This document shows positions 29,647 through 40,652 of a DNA stretch of 64,000 bases, piece by piece. Position numbers and translations under genes: made by a program. The first letter of the stretch is position 1. Each line of letters opens with the position of its first letter. The notes under the pieces were generated by a model. That model searched no databases. It worked only from the letters and a program-made list of their open reading frames with translations, and was not told where the DNA came from. Source of the stretch: Eukaryota sp. GEM-RC1 (lineage: Eukaryota); NCBI GenBank assembly GCA_040285855.1, contig JAUFOQ010000003.1:248001-312000 (forward strand), written 5' to 3'.

Positions 29647-30485
29647 ATGACTAACTCCAATGTTTCCACAATTCTGAAGACTGCTGAGACAGCATATTCT
29701 AAGCATAACATCGAACTGGCGTTACAGACCCTTGCACAGGGAGTTGTTGATTTCCCTACTGAAGTATCATTACTTGATGCGTTTGCAGAAGGTCTTCTTT
29801 TCGCAGGTAACAGTTCTCTAGCTAGGCAACACTTTCTTCATGCTGCAGAGCTTTCCCCTCTCTCGAACGTTGGTCGTTACATGTACTTAGCTCAACTATC
29901 AACTTCTCAAGACTCTCTCAACTTCTACAACCTTGGTATCCAGACAATTAACCAACAAGATCTAGTCGATTTGGAAAAAACGAACTTCTCTGCACTGCTT
30001 ACCTATCTATTGCAGAGCTATACCTCACTGACCTTTGCTTCGAAGCCAATGCTGAATCAGAGTGTGAAAAGAACCTCTCACTGGCTCTCCAACACCACCC
30101 TTCTAATCCAGAAGTCTACCTGCTATTCTGTTCCTTTAAACTCAGTCAATGTAAACAAGATGAAGCTCTGTCGTTTCTCTCTAAGTTCGACGAGATTAAT
30201 ACACAAGATCCCACTGCTACAAGTCCTGTTCAGAAACTCAATGCTGCAAAGTTCTACTATGAAATGAATAGTTTTTCAAAGTCTGTTGATTATGCTGACC
30301 AAGTGCTAGCAACTGATGATTCCAATATTGATGCTTACATAGTTTATGCTTCAGCATTGTTTCAAGATGGAGAAAAAGAAGAAGCCCTTGAGGTTGTTGA
30401 GAAAGCTATCGTTTTGGCTAATGTTATGGGTATGAATGAATTGATAAGTGAATTAGAGCAACTTAAGACTAGCTTCTCAACCTAA
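29647..30485 (+). CDS. ACL4: TPR protein, assembly chaperone of ribosomal protein uL4 (Acl4-like); one -1 break at A-run 29975-29980
   Basis: TPR-like helices and RYMYLAQLS. After the shift the frame reads AYLSIAELYLTDLCFEANAESECE, the Acl4 family signature, and joins ORF 30264-30485. Confidence 0.8.
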
Positions 30486-30616
30486 TTCTTGTGTATTTAT
30501 TAGATTTTTAGTGTTTTTTATTTATTTATTTTAGAGTATTGTTGTTCCTGTTGCAGGAAATTGATGAGTAAACATGGACCAAATGGCATTTATACAGAAA
30601 AGTTAACAAATACATA

Positions 30617-31663
30617 CTATAATTCAACTTGTTTCAACTGTTCAACAGGAAAGTCGTCTAACGTGTACTCTAACATGCGTTCTTTAATTCTAGCTCCACA
30701 GTTAGTGCGCTTAACCAGTTTTCTAAACTGGAGATCGGACAAGGACGCAATTGTACATGGTGAAGTAGCCGTGACTGTAGCAAACCTAGGATGCTGTAAC
30801 AGTAAAGCCAATTCTCCGAAGAAATCCCCAGAATGCAGTGAACCGACTCTCTGGGGTTCTTCTCCTATCAGCTTTGTTACTATAGCTTCTCCACGAACGA
30901 TGACGTGGAAGGCATTTCCAGGGGAACCCTGTTCTACGATATCATATCCGACATCAAATGTGGATAATGTTGCAGAATCTGCAATGAGGGCAAACTCATA
31001 TGCAGTTAACGAGGAGAATAGAGGTATATGAGACAACAAGGGGCTAATCTGATCACGTTTTGACTTCATTATTGGAAGCAGAGTAGACTTGAACAAGTGA
31101 TAGTCTAACTTCCATAGGCAGACTTCATCCTTAGCTACAGCAGTTGCTCGTCGAGGACTCGGAGGTTCTGTAAAAGAAGCAAGCTCGCCAAAGTAATCGT
31201 ATTTTGTAGCAAAACCACAGAATTGACGTCCTTGGTCTGTACTTGTGAAGAACTCAACAGTACCAGAATCAATGATATAAAAGGGAGGTTCTGCTTCTGA
31301 ATCATTTTCTGTTAGTATGATTTCATTGGAAGAAACAGCTTCGAATTGCATGCTTAGGGCAATTTCCTCTGAATTCAGAACATGTGATTAAAACATACGG
31401 CGTTGAACTGGATCCAAGAAGCTGAAGAACGAGATTGCTTGTGTGACTTGCCATCGATCGTCATCAAGGGCAAACATAAAGAGACGGTCAAGATAACTAG
31501 TAACATCTGCAGGAAGGGGAGTCCGATCTACAGGGATGTTGTTTTCGAGAAGGTCAACAATTACTTCTATGGGGTCAGATTTTTGTGCAAGTAGGGTGGA
31601 TGTGATCTCCTTGAACAGAGAGTAAACATTATGGTCCTTAAGATATTGTGATAAGTCACTCAT
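30617..31663 (-). CDS. cAMP-dependent protein kinase regulatory subunit-like (D/D domain + two cNMP-binding domains), 338 aa, one intron
   Basis: N-terminal MSDLSQYLKDHNVYSLFKEITSTLLAQKSDPI is RIIa/Dpy-30-like. Two phosphate-binding cassettes are present (YFGELA..PRRAT, FFGELALL..PRFAT). Intron 31369-31398 joins the two ORFs in frame (PVQR-Q-EIALSM). Confidence 0.85.
31369..31398 (-). other. Spliceosomal intron, 30 nt
   Basis: GTATGT...TTCTGAATTCAG; removal deletes an in-frame TAA and fuses ORFs 31388-31744 and 30617-31351. Confidence 0.88.
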
Positions 31664-31689
31664 TGCAAGATTATTTGTTGGAAAGAATT

Positions 31690-32505
31690 GTTTGGTTCCT
31701 AAGGTGTATGGATTACATCTATCTGATGAAGCTTGGATGATCAATATGCGTCTTCGTTTGGCTATTTGGCCTGCAAATTTATTAAACTATTCAACTTGCT
31801 CTTGTGGAGCTAATGGTGTTTTTCGTCATTTAATTAATTGTCGTTATTTTATTCATCTACGTGCAGTAATTCATGATGGTGTACGTGATTCTTGTTATTC
31901 CATGTTTAAAGCACATGGTTTTCACTCTAAAGTTGAACCAGTTTTGAATCATCTTTCAGAAAATGAATTTACTGATCAAAAAGAGGGGATCTACATACTC
32001 CGTGGCTTAAATCGAGTCAATCATTAATGGATTTTACTACAGTAGATGTATGTAACAAATCTTGTGTTAGTAGGATATTAGATTCTTCTTTTAATCCATT
32101 AACAGCAGCTGAAAAGCTCAAACACTCCAAGTATGACTCTCAAGTGGAAGAATTAAATAGAAACTCATATTCCAAATTTGTGTTTCAACCTTTTGCTGTT
32201 TCTCTTTTTGGATCCATTAGTCCTGCTGGTGATCAATTTTTCAAGGATTTCGAAGAATTGTGTAAAGAAAAGAAGCGTAAGTTTAGAATGGCTGAATGGA
32301 AAAACCGTATAGTGTTTTCCATATATCGGAATATGCCTTTCTATTTCTCTAGATTAATTGAGAAATTGGTGTGAAGGTTAATGTTGATAAACGTAATCTT
32401 TTACCGGGTGGTGATGAAGTCGTTTGGATTTAATTTTAGTATTATTTGTTTGTTTTTACAATTTCATAGTTTGTAGGAAGGTTACCTTATTGGGTGCCGA
32501 ATAAA
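31690..32505 (+). mobile_element. 5'-truncated CRE-clade non-LTR retrotransposon (CCHC zinc finger + restriction-like endonuclease + 3' UTR)
   Basis: CSCG..RHLINC zinc finger, IHDGVRD, KVEP, then (after -1 at A-run ~31978-82) KRGDL..MDFTTV..AEKLKHSKY..FQPFAVSLFG. These are typical RLE-domain motifs of CRE elements. No RT domain is present. Confidence 0.8.
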
Positions 32506-32894
32506 CATTTCTTCTATTGTTTGGTTGATCCCAATCTACATGTAGATTCTGGTACAATACTACTTCCACCACATCTACGCAAGCCACCGAACTCAACAGC
32601 TTTCAGTAAACCCTTTAGATGATCCTAGTTTTCATTGAACGAGAGGAAGAACATATAATTGCACTGTTTAACTGTTCGGATGAAAAATATATTAAGACCT
32701 GAATGATATTAATAAAATTGATTTTATGATGTACAAACTCAAATTAATTAGTGGAGGAACCAAACCGAACCAAAAACTTGAAAAAATACAAAAAGAAATA
32801 AATTAAAAAAAGAGCGACACCAAAACAGTGAGAAAAACTGAACAAAGTTGCAGTATAATTTTGATTACTAACTAACTTCCTCAATCACGTGATC

Positions 32895-34411
32895 TTAATC
32901 CAATCCTTCCCATTTCACTAAATACTTCCTCCACCTAGTCCTAATAGCCAGCTCCATTGGAGGAACTTCGTCAGGAACAACCGTCACGTCATCATGACTT
33001 CTATCTAGTATACAAACAGCTAAGTTATCCATTCGACCAAGGGGATCCCAATAATAAGAAACAGAAGAAAAATTGAAAAATACAGAATAATGATTTTCAG
33101 CCATTATCACCCAGACGTCAACCAGAGGATTTTTAAAATTGTCACCAACTTCTAAATAATTGAACCACTCAAACACTGTCAGAAACCCCACAGTTGATCT
33201 CTTCTCCACTCCAATCATGACGTGACCCTCTAAATCACGAATACCATCAAATACCTGCCCACTACCAACTCCGATCAAAATTAGATTGACAAGTTCTTGT
33301 GACGTATATCCATATTTAGTAATTAATGAAGTTCTTCCAATTCCACCTTCAGAAACTAGATTCTCTGGGGACTTAGTCAAAACTAAGGAAAGAACTAATG
33401 AGAAGTAGCCGCCAAAATAGGATAAAATTGGCCAGAATTTTAAAACATTTTCAAATAATTCAGTTGGAGTGCGACAACGTATAATTCTGACTTTTCTTAA
33501 AACAGAAAGTAAATCACGTTCCAATTGCCCATCAGACTGATCTGGATTGACAATCACAAGAGTAGCACTGGATGAAGTTGAAGTTTTCCACACAACATCA
33601 GCAAAACATTTAGCAAAAACGTTATTTGGATCACCAGAATTTTTAAAAACCGACGGATTTGAAATTAAATACGATAAAACAGTTGCTTGAAAACTGGCAA
33701 TAACTCCACAAGGACCACCTTCCTCTTGGTGTAACAAAAAGGCAACAGTTTACGTGTACCAGTCCCTTTTGATTGTAATTGATTGTTGACCTCCACTGAT
33801 TGTACGATTCCTTGGAAACCAAGACCCTGGTAAGATTGGTTTTCGATCATCAAAGATACAATTAGTAATGGAGTTGATAACTCTACCAGAAAAATTTGCC
33901 AAGGAAGCACTACTAATCAATTTAACAATCTTTTTGATGAGACATTTTCCAATTTAGCTGGTAGTAAAGGTTTAGAAACAGAAGTGTCAAGGAAATCTTC
34001 AACATGTACATCGTCTACAGAAGAGACAGAATAGGATGAAGAAGGACGAGATGAAGTCTTACGGGGAGGTAGTTTATTGGAAGTACTAGGAACATTCTTT
34101 TGTATGGTTGGTGCTTTGGGAGGTGGAGCTGTTGAAGGTCTGATGGGTCTAGGGGCTTTTTCTTGTTGTTCTGGTAGTTTTGAGCACTTTTGAAGGTTAT
34201 GAACAAGTGTTTGTATGAGAGATGGATAGGGATGTTCTCTTTCCTTATTTTGCATATATAGCTTCGTCAGTCCGAGTTGTTTGATAAGATTTGATCGAGA
34301 GATTTTTTGAGTTGAAGATGACTCTAACATGAATGCTTCTAGTGTATTAGTGAAGTTGTTACGCTGTAGAAACTCGCGAATTAAGGCGAAAGTAAAGTCA
34401 TCCGTTGACAT
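32895..34411 (-). CDS. MINDY4: MINDY-3/4 family deubiquitinase with N-terminal LisH-like motif; three frame breaks (~33931-35, ~33814-18, ~33736-40)
   Basis: LIREFLQRNNFTNTLEAF (LisH-like), W-FQG, QEEGGPCGVIA (catalytic Cys), GYTSQELVNL, VGDNFKNP..VWV..ENHYSV (catalytic His), IRTRW. Confidence 0.8.
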
Positions 34412-36137
34412 TGAGGTTTGAAATTGTCCAATTAACACCAACCTAAAAATTCCGATAAACTCAACATTGTGTATAATGTATCGTTTGGTGTAAACCGCAG
34501 TACGTCAGCTGAAGTGATTAAGCAGCCATGTGAAACTGATTATTACAAAATTTTGACTAGTGAAGACGAGAACATGCCAAAATCAGTTTTGACCAACGTC
34601 TCGTTGTAGTTCAGTTTTCGTGTATTCAAAACGATTGTCGTCTGAGCAACCAGTCCCATAATCAAAACCTGTTTTAAGATTGAATGTAATGAAACTGCTT
34701 TTGCACAGGTTTTAACAACTTTTAGTACTGTTAGTGTACATATACTGGATTTTGTAAATTTGTGTAGAGCTGTAAACGACTTGAGATATATATAACTCTT
34801 AACACCCTCTTTGCCGCCCGCAAATTAGATAAATAAGAAGAATCACTGAGAGTTATTTTTACACGGCTGAATAATATTTGTCCGCCTAGTTACAAGTTGA
34901 ATGAAAAATAAATGTAAATAGCGAAAAGCATTGGTTTCAGCGATATTCAATTTCATCCAGTTTTATTGAAGTTCTACTTTTTACTAGCATTGTTAACATT
35001 TTCAGTAGTTTTTCTCAGTTTGTAGACTGATTCTCTTTCGGCATTAGAAAATACACTTTCGTTGGTAGACTTTTCCACTTTGTTAAAAGATATCGAGTTC
35101 TAGTCTTTGTTCTTATTTTAATGTTTCTGTTCAATAAAAATAAGTTGTTCATTTATTTTGAAACATCTGGATGTGATTCATCTGAACAAAATAATCCCTT
35201 TGAGAATTATAGTAGATGACATTGTGTTGCAAATTATGAAATATATTCTACTAATGATCATTAATTCAATTTTGTTCAAATCTATGACATTATTGAATAA
35301 TAAGTTACAACTGCTAGAACTAAATTTTTATCTTCGAATTATTTCTGGAATTTTTCATTAAACGAATTTATTCACATTTTTTAGAGTGCAGTATATATTT
35401 ACAAGAACAATTAACTGATTTAATGTCCGGTTACATTTTGGTTCTTTGCTTTTGCTACAGTTTTTGATTATGCTTACATCCATTTCTTACTGGTTTCTGC
35501 AATGCTCCGTAAACAATTTATAAACGATGGTCGATTTTCTTATGTAAAATGTTCATATATCACTTCATCGCAGAACTTGTACTTTGAAATTGAATTTTGA
35601 ATTATTTATGGTTCAAAACTGTAAGTGTGGCATCCGGAGTTGAATCCATAATAGAAGCGAATATATCATCATACCGAGAATCACACACGTTACTTAGCAT
35701 TATAATTATAAATGAAAAAATTTCACGGAGTTTCAATATTATAACTGGAATTTTATTGTTTGAACAGTGCTTAAGTTACATCAGAAACGGATCTGTGTAA
35801 AAAGGATCGACATTTGCAATTTTGGTACGCATTAACATGTCAAATAGTAGTTGTTGGTCTGTCATCGCAAACACGAACTTACTAAGTCAACCACCAGGAA
35901 ATATACCTAATCGAAGACGCACAGTTTGTTCACAAGCATTCTTGTTCATGTATACGTCAAAATATCTAGTTCTTTGTGTGATAAACTGGCACATTGTTGA
36001 ATGGCATATTGAAAAGCTGCAATGCTGGTTTTCTCATTCATAGTCAAAATTACTGAAATCAATCCAAGTTCTTCAAACCCAGAAATGCAACATACCACAA
36101 AAGAAACCAGTTTATTATTGAATATTAAAAACTATTG

Positions 36138-38616
36138 TTAAATTCTATCTGAATCCATTTCATCATTAAAACTATCTCCAAAATACACCTTCATTAAATT
36201 ACTTACCGTTGGACCAAAGAATTCAACTCCCATTAATACGTGCTGAGGGATAACACCAACTTCATTGAAAACTCGGCGGAAGAGAGAATCGTAGTCAGTG
36301 TCACCATATCGATAAGGAAAATTCGTTTTCAGTTCAGAATACGAACGTTGGTATTGCTGCGGAGTTAAGATGTTAGAAATGTTATGCATATATGATGCCG
36401 AATGGCGATACCTAATGGAAAATACAACAGCAACATGTGGATGAGAAGCAAGACATTGAATGAATTGGGTTGCAATTTGGTGGACATTTTTGTGCAAGGA
36501 TTTGCAATCAACTCCCACAATCAGTGGTGAATTATGTCGACCATCAATCATCAATAAATCTGGACCAGCAGCAGACTTTTTGTTTTTCCAAACATATCCT
36601 CTACAATCTTGTAGATCTTCCCATGTACATACTTTACTCATCATTGAAACTTTCACTTCAATGGCTAATGGCTTACTTCTTGCTAGCTATACGTCTTCTA
36701 TTTAAATACGGTTTAGATATAGGGAGAAGCTTTGCCAAACCTTGTCTTAGCTCAATACCGTATTCAGATTTCATCCAAGGAGCTCCATCGGGATTACAGG
36801 AGGTATGACAAGGACCAAAGAGATACACCAGAGAAGACCTATTGGTTGAGACAATCTCAGAGAGAAGTTTACTTCTCATAATCAAAAAATACCCAATTAA
36901 GTCTTCCAAAGAGGAACCAAATTCACTTGAGCAATTGTTTAAAGTAACTTGTGAAATTCCATTGGAGTTTTTCGTATAGGATTCATCATGACAATTATTT
37001 TTCTCATCAAACATTTCCACGACCACGTCAACTAATTTTTTCAAAGTGCTTATCATTTCAATATCGACGATAGAATGAACATCAGAAATAGAAAAGTCAA
37101 AACGTGACAAAATACAATGATACCTAGTGCAAACGAACTCGTCAGTTGACTTCCTTGAACGTTTGGGAGGTGGAACTACAAAAGGACTGAACATTAGTTG
37201 AGCATTAGTTTCAAATTGATCCATAGAAATAGAAGAAGTTGGATAATTAATTCTGTCACAATCAACAGTATCAGAAGCTGACAAACCAAGAGGCATAGCG
37301 GCTAGAGAAAGAGCGTTTGTAAGTGGATTGTTGACCCCCACGTGAGTATTAGAATTGGGAATTGTAACAATCCACTTTCCAGTTCTACGAAAATTCTCTA
37401 TAGTACAGACAATTACTCTGGGATTTCCAGCACAATTGATTAGACATTTTAACGCTTCTTTTCGGTCATAATGATACGAGCAATCTTTCAAGTTAGAGTA
37501 ATTAAGGAACATCTGCAAATGTTGTAAAGATGCGATGGCATCAAGACGATACGTTTTGACTAGAAATTTGGAATTTGTCAAATTCTTGTCAATAAACTGA
37601 CGAGACAAACCAGCCACAAAAGGAACTCCAATTCTATTTGAAACCAGCTGATAAAAGACGGGAAACCACCCATCTATCATTGGCGTAGAACTATTTGGTA
37701 GCTCATCGAAGAAGAACAGAAACGGCAAGGCAATTGTTTCGTTGTTCTGAATAGACTGCCAATACTTCAATGCTTCGTTGTCATTAGAAAAACAACACCA
37801 ATCACTAATTACTGCAGTTGGAGCAATCAAAGATAAAAGCTTCTTCATACAATCATAAAGATCAGGCACGTCAAAAAGATCTGAATCTACTGAAATATTT
37901 ACATATTTAGCAATGTAGTATAACAGATATTCTTTACTATTTTCAAATCCTTCCATTGGTAGTTCCATAGCAATAAAGCGATTAGATAAATAAAGATACA
38001 CAAGAAAATCAAGAATATCAAGAATTTTGGATTCATTACACTTATTATTCAAATAGTGATGAAGTTTTGCTCGCTCAGTCGTATTATTGGTGAGTTCAAC
38101 CAAAGAGTTGAGCCAACAGGTTCCAAAAGTGGTCTTTCGAGAACCCCTGGTTCCAATAAGAGCATTAATGTTAGGTTTAATGGATGAATACGTGGAGAAC
38201 TGTTGCAATTGTTGGAAAACATTTAGAGCAAATGAGACAACAGCTTCACGTCTATTTACCATAGGCCTACCCTCAATCCTTTTATAAGCATCTATTTGGG
38301 AGGGGATACTTGACAAAAACCAATTTGGTATATTGTGTGATACACGACAAGAAACAGGTGTTGAGCGCTCGAAGATGTACTGAGAAATAGCTCCATTGCG
38401 AGAACACGAAGATTGCGTTTTGGTTTTCACCAGTGATGCCTTGAAAAATTGTTTAAGAAGATTGTAATAACCCAATACAATTAAAAGTATTTGAGTTGTA
38501 CATGTTAGATCACCCTCTGTGTCGTTATGATCCTTTAAACAAGAAAGTAAATAGTCAGCAACTTCGATAAATTCTTCAGGACAATTGATAAACAAAACTG
38601 GGGAATCCGTGGTCAA
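36138..38616 (-). pseudogene. Crinkler/RHS-like P-loop NTPase + PD-(D/E)xK nuclease family, copy 1 (Walker A degraded, +1 break ~36675)
   Basis: NALIGTRGSRKTT (GSGKT in copies 2 and 4), FLFFFDE Walker B, CAGNPR, PPPKRSRK, and C-terminal AAGPDLLMID...GVDCKS. Paralogous to 49479-51578, 57023-58724 and 61215-61970. Confidence 0.7.
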
Positions 38617-39354
38617 AAGAGCCGAAATGCTCGTTCAGAAGCTGAGGAAGTCGCTACCACTGGAAGATACTTATCTATAGTTGTTTGCCAAAGCTGTGGA
38701 ACTGAAGTGTCATGATTAGCAGAATGAAACATTTGCTTTAAATCAGTTAAAAAAGTGGCGATTTCTAAAGCACTAAAATCATTATTAAAGAGAAACTGTT
38801 TTAGTTGAGATTTAATAACAACTCCACTGTCTCCGCCTAGAATTGACATTGTTGATTTACCCGTCTTGATTAAGTCACTCATAGAAACGGAGTTAGCCGA
38901 ACCTAAATGAGGGGAAATGCAAAAAATGGAAATGTAAATGACCTAAAAACCTACCCATGAAAAGTAAGGTAAGAGACTTGTGAAGTATCCAAAAAGAAAA
39001 TAGAGAGTCAACGGTTGAGATCCATTCAGAGAGCAAGGTCACTGGTTTAAAAAAGAGATCGTCATAAATCAGTTGGAGATCGGTAAGCATGGCATTGAGA
39101 TCAGAGTCAGATTTAGAAGAGACTATGTTCATTAATTCCCAAACATTGGACTGAGGAGAAGAAGGTGTTTCGATCTCTAAACAACTAGAGACCTGAGAAC
39201 GGAGGTCATTGAACTCAGCATCCGTGAGAGTGTTATTCAGACGCTGATCTAAGACGTCAAGAATGTATAGGAATGGCAGAGAAGACGAAGAAAGAAAGCT
39301 GACATCATGGTGCAGAATGAAGCACATACACCTTCGACGTTCTTCGGGAAGCAT
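38613..39354 (-). mobile_element. hAT DNA transposase remnant(s), C-terminal part including dimerisation motif
   Basis: YLPVVATSSASERAF(S) matches the hAT C-terminal dimerisation signature. The upstream ORF has LDQR and DSLFSFWILHKS, similar to hAT LDPR and the pre-dimerisation W motif. Confidence 0.7.
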
Positions 39355-39557
39355 CGGATAGTCTTTGGATGTTTGTAAAGATGGAAAAAAGGAGCAATTT
39401 TATCAACAATTCTTTGAAGTATCAGTGTAACCTACACATTCATGTTACTTCTTTCTTAACCATGGAATGTCATAATTCAATTAATGTAGAACACTAGCAA
39501 TTTTTGAATTTACAATAATTTCCTATAAAAAATGAGGGTTTACAATTATGCTAAGTT

Positions 39558-39597
39558 ACTGAGTGCGCACTGAGTGCGAAGTATGCTATCGCACTCA
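39558..39597. repeat. Short direct plus inverted repeat (ACTGAGTGCG x2; TGAGTGCGA-N9-TCGCACTCA hairpin)
   Basis: Read directly from the sequence; lies about 200 bp upstream of the hAT remnant. Confidence 0.55.
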
Positions 39598-40652
39598 CTT
39601 TGTCTTAAGTATTTGCTGACAATTTTTGAATACAATAACTCAGAATCCATTTCCTGCTGCGAAAATGTAACATAATTTGGACTATATAAAAAAGGCAAAC
39701 TTGGAGTGTGCATGTGTCTCGTATCGCAACAAATAGGAACGAATATTTATCACCTTACAACGAGAATTCCTATTACGATAAAAGTTGTAGAGAACTAGAC
39801 AATTTATTTATGTGAGGTACAGAAGACCAACAGCTGACAATGTATTTACATTCTTTGTGGAGTCTCTGTGAATCCAATTGTATTTTTCATTTGATGTCGA
39901 ACAAACAACGAGTTTACTAAGACTAGTACTCAATTTAAATGGTTCCTATTCACAATGTTTTTAAACATAATAGACTTCAATTGTCAGTGATCCACAACAG
40001 TTTGGTTTCTCAATGAGAATAATGAAAAAAGTTTCTCTAACAGTGATGATGATAGGGCAAGAAGGAATAATAATTGAACCAGAATGACACTATCTAAATG
40101 AATTGTTTAAACTATTGTAATAATTTAAGTCATAATTGGTCCGATACTTTTCCGTTCATACAAATTGAGATGAGTATCTTTTTGAGTTGTTTCTCACTGT
40201 CTTCATTTTCGTCGGTATGATTTTGATATTGCAAGAAAATTGATGATAGACTATTCATATTCTTGTTTGTTCGAGATTAAAGATGTGGCTTTAAAAACAA
40301 TTGTCCAATTCATAGCGATAACTCTTGATTACGTGTTTCTAGGTGACTACTTTGAAAGGTGAGTGGTCCTAGCTCGTTTAAACTTTTGTTAGAATTGATG
40401 GTTTTAATTGTTTTAAGAGTCATAGTTGATTGTGTTATCAGTTTGTGTTTTAGCAGTGCTTGCTCTATTGCCAGAAAAGTTCATGCTATAATTTTTCACC
40501 ACTGGACATGCTCACCAAACACTTTCAATGATGATCTATAACTGGAATTCATCCGATACTGACACACTACCAATGCTAGTCTAACACGTCTCCAACAAGA
40601 CTATCTACAGTTACACTTAACGAACCAGAAACCAACTTAATAACTGTAACTC

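Noticed and set aside
30561..31031. 156-aa plus-strand ORF
   Set aside because: It is the antisense shadow of the PKA-R-like cNMP domains.
32884..32893. ATCACGTGAT palindrome (E-box/CDEI-like)
   Set aside because: It is a single 10-mer at the MINDY stop, and similar words occur inside coding sequence (e.g. about 5751). There is no supporting context.
34441..36137. Short ORFs 35158-35361, 35597-35800 and 35822-36043 in AT-rich DNA
   Set aside because: They have no recognisable motifs and non-ATG starts. Probably non-coding or unidentifiable decayed element sequence.
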